Below are positions 56,184 through 64,000 of a stretch of DNA of 64,000 nucleotides, piece by piece. A model generated the notes under the pieces. It was not told the DNA's origin. It saw only the letters and a list, made by a program, of their open reading frames with translations, and searched no databases. Every line of letters begins with the position of its first letter. The stretch's first letter is position 1. Source of the stretch: an uncultured Gemmatimonadales bacterium. GTDB lineage: Bacteria; Gemmatimonadota; Gemmatimonadetes; Longimicrobiales; Longimicrobiaceae. The stretch is from positions 7,168,001 through 7,232,000 of the forward strand of contig OY970303.1 in the NCBI GenBank assembly GCA_963716255.1. Direction: 5' to 3'. The position numbers were made by a program, and so were the translations under genes.

Positions 56184-57962
56184 GTGTACATCCTCGGAAT
56201 CAACGCCTTTCACGGCGACGTCTCGGCGGTCCTGCTGCGGGACGGCGAGCTGGTCGCGGCCGTGGAGGAGGAGCGCTTCCGCCGCGTCAAACACTTCGCC
56301 GGCTTTCCCGTGGAGTCCATCCGCAGCGTGCTCGCGGCGGGAGGGATCGGCGGGCGCGACGTGGCGCACGTGGCCGTGTCGCGCGACCCGCGCGCCCACC
56401 TGCTCCGCAAGGCGGTCCACGCGCTGCGGCGGCGCCCGGACCCCGCGCTGCTGCGCGACCGCGTGCGCAACGCCCGCAGGGTGCTGGAGCTGCGCCGGCC
56501 CCTGGCCGCGGCGCTCGGGGTGGACGCCGCGAGCCTGCCGCGCCTTCACCACGTGGAGCACCACCCGGCGCACCTGGCGAGCGCCTTTTTCGTGTCGCCG
56601 TTCGAGGACGCCGCGGTGTGCGCCATCGACGGCTTCGGCGACTTCGTCAGCACCTCCACCGCGCTGGGCACCGGGCGGCGGCTGCGCCTCCTGGACCGCG
56701 TGTACTTTCCCCACTCGCTGGGGCTGATGTACACCGCGGTGACCCAGCACCTGGGCTTTCCGCACTACGGCGACGAGTTCAAGGTCATGGGGCTGGCTCC
56801 CTACGGCGCGCCCGACCGGGTGGACGAGCTGCGCCGGCTGGTGCGCCTCCGCGGCGGCGGCGGCTTCGAGCTGGAGCTGAAGTACTTCCGCCACGCCTCG
56901 GAAGGGGTGGAGATGGAGTGGAGCGACGGCTACCCTACGCTGGGGCGGGTGTACACCCCGGAGCTGGAGCGGCTCCTGGGGCCGGCCCGCGCGCCCGGCG
57001 AGCCCCTCGCCCCGGAGCACGAGGCGCTGGCGCGCTCGCTCCAGGAGGTGTACGAGGAGTGCGCCTTCCACGTGCTGAACGGGCTGTGGGAGCGGACGCG
57101 GAACCCGCGGCTCTGCCTGGGCGGGGGGTGCGCCATGAACAGCGTGGCCAACGGCAAGGTCCGCGAGCGGACGCGCTTCCGCGAGGTCTTCGTGCAGCCC
57201 GCCGCGGCGGACAACGGCACCGCGCTGGGCGCCGCGTACTGGGTGTGGAACCAGCTCCTGGGCCGCCCCCGCGCGGGCGCGATGGAGCACGCGTACTGGG
57301 GGACCTCGTACCCGGACGCGGACGTCGCCGCGCTCCTGGCCGGCCGCGGCGAGGCCGCGCGCGCCCTGGAGGTGCGGCGGTTCGACTGCGAGGAGGAGCT
57401 GTGCCGGGCGACGGCGGGGCTGATCGCGGGGGGGAGCGTGGTGGGATGGTACCAGGGCCGCATGGAGTGGGGGGCGCGCGCGCTGGGGAACCGCAGCATC
57501 GTCGCCGACCCGCGCCGGGCCGACATGCGCGAGCTGATCAACACCAAGATCAAGTTCCGCGAGAAGTTCCGGCCCTTTGCCCCGTCGGTGCTGGAGGAGC
57601 GGGTGGACGACTGGTTCGAGGGCGCCTCCGCGGACCCGTTCATGCAGCAGGTGTTCCCGGTGCGCCCCGAGATGCGCGAGCGGGTGCCGGCAATCACCCA
57701 CGTGGACGGGACGGGGCGTCTGCAGACGGTGAGCGAGCGCACCAACGCACGCTACTACGCCCTGATCCGCGCCTTCCAGGCGCTGACCGGCGTCCCCATG
57801 ATCCTCAACACCTCGTTCAACGAGAACGAGCCCATCGTGGACACGCCGGAGCAGGCGCTGGACTGCTTCCTCCGCACGCGGATGGACGCGCTGGTGATCC
57901 ACGACACCCTGGTCCGCCGCCCCTGCGATTCTGGACATCCCCCGGCGGCCCCTCTATCTTGA
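56184..57962 (+). CDS. Second O-carbamoyltransferase (NodU/CmcH family)
   Basis: ILGINAFHGD, EEERF, EHHPAH, EFKVMG, GARALGNRS, FRPFAP and NTSFN motifs. Confidence 0.95.
   Translation: MYILGINAFHGDVSAVLLRDGELVAAVEEERFRRVKHFAGFPVESIRSVLAAGGIGGRDVAHVAVSRDPRAHLLRKAVHALRRRPDPALLRDRVRNARRVLELRRPLAAALGVDAASLPRLHHVEHHPAHLASAFFVSPFEDAAVCAIDGFGDFVSTSTALGTGRRLRLLDRVYFPHSLGLMYTAVTQHLGFPHYGDEFKVMGLAPYGAPDRVDELRRLVRLRGGGGFELELKYFRHASEGVEMEWSDGYPTLGRVYTPELERLLGPARAPGEPLAPEHEALARSLQEVYEECAFHVLNGLWERTRNPRLCLGGGCAMNSVANGKVRERTRFREVFVQPAAADNGTALGAAYWVWNQLLGRPRAGAMEHAYWGTSYPDADVAALLAGRGEAARALEVRRFDCEEELCRATAGLIAGGSVVGWYQGRMEWGARALGNRSIVADPRRADMRELINTKIKFREKFRPFAPSVLEERVDDWFEGASADPFMQQVFPVRPEMRERVPAITHVDGTGRLQTVSERTNARYYALIRAFQALTGVPMILNTSFNENEPIVDTPEQALDCFLRTRMDALVIHDTLVRRPCDSGHPPAAPLS
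57932..57960 (+). promoter_or_regulatory. Candidate internal promoter for the wza/wzc-like genes
   Basis: TGGACA-N17-TATCTT, about 20 nt before the first ATG, inside the tail of the upstream ORF. Confidence 0.35.
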
Positions 57963-57979
57963 GCGCTCCCAACTCGATC

Positions 57980-58639
57980 ATGCCCCGCATGCACCTCCGG
58001 ATGTTCCTCCCCGCAGCCCGCCGGATCCTCCTCGCGCTGCTCGTGGCGCTCGGCGCGGGCCTGCAGGCCGCGCAGGCGCAGGCCGTCCCCGCCGAGGAGC
58101 AGGTGCTGAAGCCGGGCGACCGCGTCCGCATCACCGTGTGGCGCAACCCGGAGCTTTCGGGGACCTTCGACATCGGGCCGCGGGGCGAGGTCCAGCACCC
58201 GCTCTACCGCACCCTGGTGGTCGCCGGGCTCCCCATCGACCGCGTCGAGGCGGAGGTCCGCGACTTCCTCCGCGCCTTCGACGCCAGCAACCCCGACTTC
58301 CTGGTGGAGCCGCTCTTCCCCGTGACGGTGACCGGGGAGGTGGTCACGCCCAGCCGCTTCGACCTGCCCCCGGGATACACCGTGGGGCGGGCGATCGAGC
58401 GCGCGGGCGGCGCCGACGCGGGGGGGCGGCTGGACCGGGTGGTGCTCACCCGCGGCGGCGCGCGGAGCCGGGTGAGCCTGCGCGACCCCGGCCCCGCGGG
58501 CGCGGGGATGCTCGTGAGGTCGGGCGACCAGCTGCGCGTGGAGCCGACCCGCCGCTGGCGCGACTACGCGCAGGTGGGCTCGTACCTGGTGAGCGTGGGC
58601 ACCTTCGTGCTCGCCACCTACCAGGTGCTCCGCTCGTAG
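57980..58639 (+). CDS. Polysaccharide export protein (Wza-like, Poly_export + SLBB)
   Basis: Signal peptide, LKPGDRVRITVW, VTVTGEV and AGG motifs. Start could be 57980, 57989 or 58001. Confidence 0.85.
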   Translation: MPRMHLRMFLPAARRILLALLVALGAGLQAAQAQAVPAEEQVLKPGDRVRITVWRNPELSGTFDIGPRGEVQHPLYRTLVVAGLPIDRVEAEVRDFLRAFDASNPDFLVEPLFPVTVTGEVVTPSRFDLPPGYTVGRAIERAGGADAGGRLDRVVLTRGGARSRVSLRDPGPAGAGMLVRSGDQLRVEPTRRWRDYAQVGSYLVSVGTFVLATYQVLRS

Positions 58640-58720
58640 CCGGCTCCGCCGCCACGCCCGGCCGGCGCGCCGGCCGTTCCCGGCTCCCCACGCATCCGTA
58701 TCCCCCACCGCGGGACCTGC

Positions 58721-61072
58721 ATGTCACAGCACCCTGAGTACCGGGCGGAAGATCCGCTGGACTGGAACCCGCGCGCGGGCTCCGCCGGCGACGAGGCGGG
58801 CCAGCTCCGCACCCTCGCGGTGGGCGTCGCCCGCCGGTGGTGGCTCGTCGCCCTGGGGCTCGCGGCCGGGCTGGGGTGCGCGGCGTACCTCGCCGTGGAC
58901 GAGGACCCGCAGTTCCGCTCCACCGCCACCATCTGGGTGCCGCAGGCCGCGGCGGACGGGAGCCCGCTGGGCGGGATCGGGTCCCTCATGGGGCTGGGCG
59001 GGGGCGGGGCCTCGCTGTCGGAGCTGGAGCTGGTCCGCAGCCGCGCCCTGGGCGGGGAGGTGGTGGACTCGCTGGGGCTCCGGCTCCAGGGGGTCGAGGG
59101 CGCCGCCCGGTTCGTGGACACGGCGCGGGTGGAGCCGGACGCCCCAGGCGGGACGCTGGTGCTGGCGTTCGGCGCGGACGGGGTGCGCGCGGAAGCGGGC
59201 ACGGAGTCCGCGCGCGCGCCGTACGGGCGGCTCTTCCGGGTGGCCGGCGTCCGGCTTCGCGTCCCCCGGCACCCGGGCGTGGAGCGCGCCGAGTTCCGGG
59301 TGGTGTCGCGCGACGACGCCATCGGCCGGTTCCAGGAAAACGTCATCGTGCGGCCGCGCGACCGCACCACGGTGGTGGACGTGGGGATCACGGCGCCCTC
59401 GCCCAGGCTGGCGGAGCGGAGCGCCAACCTGGCGGTGGACCTGCTGCGGCAGTCGCACTCGCGGAGGACCGAGGCGGAGGTCCAGGAGCGCGGCCGGCGG
59501 CTCCGCCAGCAGATCGCCTTCAACGATTCGTCGCTGCACGCCGCGCAGGCGCAGCTCGCTGGCTTCCGCAGCGCCCAGGAGACCTACAACTCGGGCGATC
59601 TCTTCCGCGCCCGCGAGTCCGAGCGGATGGGGCTGGAAACGGAGCTGTCCGAGCTGCGGGAGAGCCGCGCCGCGTACGCGGCGCTCCTGGAAGGGCTGCG
59701 CTCCCCCGGCGCCGCGCAGGACCGCGGGCTCGACGTGTTCATCGCCTCGCCCGGCGTCATGGGGCAGCCGCTGATCTCGCAGCTCTACGGGTCGCTGGTG
59801 CAGTACCAGACGCAGCGCGACAGCATGACGGCGGGACGGTGGGGGCGCCCGGCCGGCCACCCGGACGTGGCGCGGGTGGACGAGCTCATCTCCGAGACCC
59901 GCCGGCGCCTGGTGGGCGCGGCGGGGAGCGCGCTGCAGGCGCTGGACGGGCAGATCGCGGGGGTGGAGCGACGGCGCGCGCAGACGCAGGCGAAGATGCA
60001 GCCGCTCCCCGCCGCCGACGCGCGCGAGGAGGCGGTGCTGCGCCAGATCGAGGGGCTGGGCCGGATGTCGCTGCTGCTGCGCGAGGAGTACACGCGCCAG
60101 CAGCTCGCCACGGCCGGCGACTCCATCCGGGTGATGGACCGGGCGCTCCCCGGGTGGCGCGTCAAGGTCAACCTCGTGCAGATGCTGGTGCTGGGGGTCT
60201 TCGGCGGGCTGGTGGTGGGGGTGGGCGGCGCGGCCGTGCTCACGACGCTGGACTCCACGCTGCGCACGGCCGCGGACGCGGAGCGGGTCCTGGGGCTGCC
60301 GATCCTGTCCGTCGTCCCGGCGGAGGGGCGGCGGAGCGGGACGCTCGCCGCGCCCGGAGGCCGCGGCGGGGAAGCGTACCGTACGCTGCGCACCAACCTG
60401 CGCTTTTCCCGGGTGGCCCCCGGGGTGCGCACCCTGGCCGTGACCAGCGCCGCCCCCGGCGAGGGCCGCTCCACCGTGGCCGCGAACCTCGCCGTCACCG
60501 TGGGCAGGCAGGGGGCGCGGGTGCTCCTGGTGGACTGCGACCCGGGGCGCGCGCGCCTGCACGCCGTGTTCGGGGCGGAGCGCGAGCCGGGGCTGACGGA
60601 CCTGCTCCTGGGCGACGCGGGGTGGGACGCGGCGGTGCGTCCCACCGGCGCCGCCAACGTTTCCCTCCTCCCCGCGGGGACCCCGGTGGGGCTGAGCGCT
60701 TCCGAGGTGCTGGAGAGCGGCGCCCTGCAGCCGACGCTCGCGGAGCTCGCGACCCGCTTCGACCTGGTGGTCCTGGACATCCCTCCGGTCCTCGCCGACA
60801 CCGCGGGGAGCGCCAGCGTGGCCGCGGCCGCGGACGGCGTGATCCTGGTGGTCCGCGCGGGGCGCACCGGCCGGGAGCCGGCCCGCCTCGCCCTTCGCCA
60901 GCTCGCCGCGGTGCACGCGCAGATGGCGGGCGTGGTCCTGAACGACGCGCCCGGGGGCGGCGAGCCGCGCACGCACCCCGCGGGCCTGCTCCCGCCGCGC
61001 CGCGCCGGAGTGCAGGTGGGCAGGATCGCGGCCGACGCGGGCGACCGCGTGCTCCCCGGACCCCGGGGATGA
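58721..61072 (+). CDS. wzc: Wzc-like polysaccharide co-polymerase with degenerate tyrosine-kinase domain
   Basis: Two TM segments flanking a coiled-coil region; EAYRTLRTNL, TSAAPGEGRST, LLVDCD, LDIPP and GVVLN motifs. Confidence 0.88.
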   Translation: MSQHPEYRAEDPLDWNPRAGSAGDEAGQLRTLAVGVARRWWLVALGLAAGLGCAAYLAVDEDPQFRSTATIWVPQAAADGSPLGGIGSLMGLGGGGASLSELELVRSRALGGEVVDSLGLRLQGVEGAARFVDTARVEPDAPGGTLVLAFGADGVRAEAGTESARAPYGRLFRVAGVRLRVPRHPGVERAEFRVVSRDDAIGRFQENVIVRPRDRTTVVDVGITAPSPRLAERSANLAVDLLRQSHSRRTEAEVQERGRRLRQQIAFNDSSLHAAQAQLAGFRSAQETYNSGDLFRARESERMGLETELSELRESRAAYAALLEGLRSPGAAQDRGLDVFIASPGVMGQPLISQLYGSLVQYQTQRDSMTAGRWGRPAGHPDVARVDELISETRRRLVGAAGSALQALDGQIAGVERRRAQTQAKMQPLPAADAREEAVLRQIEGLGRMSLLLREEYTRQQLATAGDSIRVMDRALPGWRVKVNLVQMLVLGVFGGLVVGVGGAAVLTTLDSTLRTAADAERVLGLPILSVVPAEGRRSGTLAAPGGRGGEAYRTLRTNLRFSRVAPGVRTLAVTSAAPGEGRSTVAANLAVTVGRQGARVLLVDCDPGRARLHAVFGAEREPGLTDLLLGDAGWDAAVRPTGAANVSLLPAGTPVGLSASEVLESGALQPTLAELATRFDLVVLDIPPVLADTAGSASVAAAADGVILVVRAGRTGREPARLALRQLAAVHAQMAGVVLNDAPGGGEPRTHPAGLLPPRRAGVQVGRIAADAGDRVLPGPRG

Positions 61073-62013
61073 TCGACGCCGCCCTCCTGGAGCGGCTCGC
61101 CTGCCCCCGCGACGGCGGCCCGCTGGAATCGTGCGGCGACGGCCTTCGCTGCCCCGCGGGGCACGCGTACGCGGTGGAGGACGGGATCCCGGTGCTGCTG
61201 GCGGGGGAGCCCATGCGGTCGGCGGCGGGATTCGCCGGGGCGGTGGAGGAGGGGGCGGTCGACCCCTTCGTGGAGCGCGCCCTGGTCGCCACCTGCGGCA
61301 ACCTGTACCGCCCCGTGCAGGGACGGCTGCCGCGCCATCCCATCCCGGAGCTGCGCATCGCCCCCGCGGGGGACGAGGTGCTGCTGGACGTGGGGTGCAA
61401 CTGGGGCCGCTGGTCGGTGAGCGCGGCGCGGCGCGGCTTCCGGGTGGTGGGCGTGGACCACAACCTGGACGCGCTGTGCGCCGCGCGCCGCGTGGCCCGC
61501 CGCTGCGGGGTGCGGGCGCACTTCGTCGCCGGGGACGCGCGGGCGCTCCCCTTCCGGCGGGGCGCCTTCGACGTGGTGTTCTCGTACAGCGTCCTCCAGC
61601 ACCTCGCGCCGGAGGACGCCCGCCGCGCGTTCGGCGAGATCGGCAGGGTGGTGCGCGTCGGCGGGCGCACCCTGGTGCAGATGGCCAACGTGTTCGGCGC
61701 GCGCAACCTGCTTCAGCAGGCCCGGCGGGGCGGGCGGGCGCCGCGGGGGCTGGAGGTGCGCTACTGGCGTCCCTCGGCGCTCCTGCGGGAGCTCGGGCGG
61801 GCGGTGGGCCCGTCGCGGCTGTCGGCAGACGGCTTCGGCGGGCTGGGGGTGCAGCCCGCCGACGCCGACCTCCTCCCGCCCCGCTACCGCGCGCTGGTCC
61901 GCGTCTCGGAGGCGCTCCGCGCCGCCACCCGCGCGGTCCCCTGGCTCGCCCTCGCCGCCGACAGCGTGTACCTGGAGTCGGTGGCGTCCCCGGACGCGGG
62001 CGCGGCGCGGTGA
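61069..62013 (+). CDS. Trm112-like domain fused to a SAM methyltransferase
   Basis: LACPRD...C...Y.VEDGIPVLL followed by LLDVGCNWG and SVLQH. Confidence 0.85.
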   Translation: MIDAALLERLACPRDGGPLESCGDGLRCPAGHAYAVEDGIPVLLAGEPMRSAAGFAGAVEEGAVDPFVERALVATCGNLYRPVQGRLPRHPIPELRIAPAGDEVLLDVGCNWGRWSVSAARRGFRVVGVDHNLDALCAARRVARRCGVRAHFVAGDARALPFRRGAFDVVFSYSVLQHLAPEDARRAFGEIGRVVRVGGRTLVQMANVFGARNLLQQARRGGRAPRGLEVRYWRPSALLRELGRAVGPSRLSADGFGGLGVQPADADLLPPRYRALVRVSEALRAATRAVPWLALAADSVYLESVASPDAGAAR

Positions 62014-64000
62014 AGCAGGTCCTGCTGGGGCCGGGCGGGATCGTGGTGGCGGAGGTTCCCGCGCCCCGCTGCCTCCCGGGCACGGTCCTGGTGCGGGTGG
62101 ACCACTCGTGCGTCTCTCCCGGCACCGAGCTGGCGGGGATCCGCGGCGGGGCCGTCCCCCTGTGGCGGCGCGCCGTGGCCCATCCCGGCAAGCTGCGCCG
62201 CGCGCTGGAGGTGGCGGCGGGCGAGGGGATCTCCGGGATCCGGCGCGTGGCGCGGGCGCGCCGCATGGTGGTGCAGGCGGTGGGGTACTCCGCCGCGGGC
62301 GAGGTGCTGGAGGTGGGCGAGGGGGTGGACGGGGTGTGCGTGGGGGACCGCGTGGCGTGCGCGGGAAACCAGTTCGCCCACCACGCCGCGGTGATCCGCG
62401 TCCCCCGCACCCTGCTGGCACGCGTCCCGGACGGGGTGGGCCTGGCGGCCGCGAGCACCGTCGCGCTGGGCGCCATCGCGCTCCAGGGGGTCCGCCGGGC
62501 CCGCCCCACCCTGGGCGAGACCTTCGTGGTGCTGGGGCTGGGGGCGCTGGGCCAGCTCGCCGCGCAGCTGCTGCGGGCCGCCGGCTGCGCCGTCGTGGGG
62601 ATGGACCTGGACGACCATCGCGTGCGGCTCGCCCGCGCCCTGGGGCTGGAGGCGGGGATCGACCCGGACGGCGGCGACCCGGTGGACCGGGTGCTCCGCC
62701 TCACCGGCGGCGCGGGGGCGGACGGCGTGCTGGTCACGGCCTCGTCGTCCTCCAGCGCGCCCCTTTCCGCCGCCTTCCGCATGTGCCGGCGCAAGGGCCG
62801 CGTGGTGCTGGTGGGCGACGTGGGGCTGGCGCTGGACCGCTCCGACGTGTACGCCAAGGAGCTGGACTTCCTCGTTTCCACCTCGTACGGGCCGGGCCGC
62901 TACGACTCCGTGCACGAGGAGGGCGGGGTGGACTACCCGCTCCCCTACGTGCGCTGGACGGAGGGGCGGAACATGGACGCGTACCTCCGCCTGCTGGCCT
63001 CCGGCGGCGTGAACGTGGACGCCCTGCTGGAGGCGGTTTTCCCCGTGGACGAGGCGCGGGCGGCGTACGCCGCGCTGGAGCGGCGCACTCCGCGCCCGCT
63101 GACGGTGCTCCTCCGCTACCCGGCCGTGCCCGTGCCGGCGCGCCGCGCGGTTCCCAACCCCGGCGCCCCCCGCGGGCGCCCGGGGCGCGTCCGCGTGGCG
63201 GTGGTCGGCGCCGGCGGCTTCGCGCGGGCCGTGCACCTCCCCGCGCTGCAGGCGATGTCGGACCGGGTGGAGATCCGGGCGGTGGTGAGCGCGGGCGGGC
63301 ACTCCGCGCACGCGGCGGCGCGGGAGTTCGGGGCCGCGTACGCCACCACCGACGCCCGCGAGGTTCTCGCCGACCCGGAGGTAGACGCGGTGCTGGTCTG
63401 CACCCGCCACCACCTGCACGCGTCGCTCGCCGCGGAGGCGCTGGACGCGGGAAAGCACGTGCTGGTGGAGAAGCCGCTGGCCCTCACCCCGGACGAGTTG
63501 GAGCGGGTCCGCGCCGCGGCCACGGCGCGCGGAGGCGAGGGGCCGGTGCTCCTGACCGGCTTCAACCGCCGGTTCTCCCCCTTCAGCCGGCGCATCGCCG
63601 GGGTGCTGGGGGACCGCTCGGGGCCGCTGATGGCCGCCTACCGCGTCAACGCCGGCGCGCTGCCCCCGGGGAGCTGGGTGTACGGCCCGGAGGGCGGGGG
63701 GAGGAACGTGGGCGAGGCCTGCCACTTCTACGACTGGCTGGGATGGCTGACCGGCGCGCGCGTCGCCCGGGTGTCGGCGCAGCGCGCGCGCGGCCCGGCA
63801 GGCGCCCACCCCGCGGCGGACGACTTCGCCGTGTCGCTCGCCTTCGACGACGGGTCGGTGGCGACGCTGCTGTACACCGCGCTCGGCAGCCCCCTGCACC
63901 CCAAGGAGCGAGTGGAGGTCTTCGCCGACGGCAGGGTGCTCACGCTCGACGACTGGAAGTCGCTCGCCGTCAGCGGCGCGCGCTCCCCCGGGCTCCGTAC
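62010..64000 (+). CDS. Bi-domain oxidoreductase (Zn-type alcohol dehydrogenase fold + Gfo/Idh/MocA), 3'-truncated
   Basis: Not in the ORF track because it runs off the window. Manual translation gives MKQVLLG...SPGTE...GYSAAG...GLGALG...SYGPGRYD...RWTEGRN...GAGGFA...VEKP...GFNRRF...GEACH. Confidence 0.9.
   Translation, partial: MKQVLLGPGGIVVAEVPAPRCLPGTVLVRVDHSCVSPGTELAGIRGGAVPLWRRAVAHPGKLRRALEVAAGEGISGIRRVARARRMVVQAVGYSAAGEVLEVGEGVDGVCVGDRVACAGNQFAHHAAVIRVPRTLLARVPDGVGLAAASTVALGAIALQGVRRARPTLGETFVVLGLGALGQLAAQLLRAAGCAVVGMDLDDHRVRLARALGLEAGIDPDGGDPVDRVLRLTGGAGADGVLVTASSSSSAPLSAAFRMCRRKGRVVLVGDVGLALDRSDVYAKELDFLVSTSYGPGRYDSVHEEGGVDYPLPYVRWTEGRNMDAYLRLLASGGVNVDALLEAVFPVDEARAAYAALERRTPRPLTVLLRYPAVPVPARRAVPNPGAPRGRPGRVRVAVVGAGGFARAVHLPALQAMSDRVEIRAVVSAGGHSAHAAAREFGAAYATTDAREVLADPEVDAVLVCTRHHLHASLAAEALDAGKHVLVEKPLALTPDELERVRAAATARGGEGPVLLTGFNRRFSPFSRRIAGVLGDRSGPLMAAYRVNAGALPPGSWVYGPEGGGRNVGEACHFYDWLGWLTGARVARVSAQRARGPAGAHPAADDFAVSLAFDDGSVATLLYTALGSPLHPKERVEVFADGRVLTLDDWKSLAVSGARSPGLR

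Noticed and set aside
46432..62881. Very long antisense and alternate-frame ORFs (e.g. 46432-49686, 54714-57938, 58724-62881)
   Set aside because: They are Arg/Pro/Gly/Ala-rich shadows of real genes, expected at this GC content, with no family motifs.

Overview
Very GC-rich bacterial DNA, almost all of it one large surface-polysaccharide locus with about 50 CDS, mostly on the + strand and mostly joined by GTGA/ATGA stop-start overlaps. It encodes Wzi-like, Wzm/Wzt, Wzx, Wzy-like, Wza-like and Wzc-like export and assembly proteins, about 15 glycosyltransferases, and nucleotide-sugar enzymes (WecB, DegT-family aminotransferase, NAD epimerase, bi-domain oxidoreductase). Its tailoring set is unusually large: 2 carbamoyltransferases, 2 AsnB-like amidotransferases, 2 acyltransferase-3 proteins, a pyruvyltransferase and 6 SAM methyltransferases. 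There is also a UbiA/DprE1/DprE2-like module. The most striking signal is non-coding. Ten intergenic spacers hold 11 copies of a ~155-nt multi-branched repeat (family A) whose stems change sequence between copies but stay base-paired. Family A is assembled in modular fashion with BoxC-like palindromes, a second structured repeat (family C) and a recurring GCNGTT boundary motif. No transposase, tRNA, rRNA or CRISPR array is visible. All product calls come from reading motifs by eye; no database search was run.
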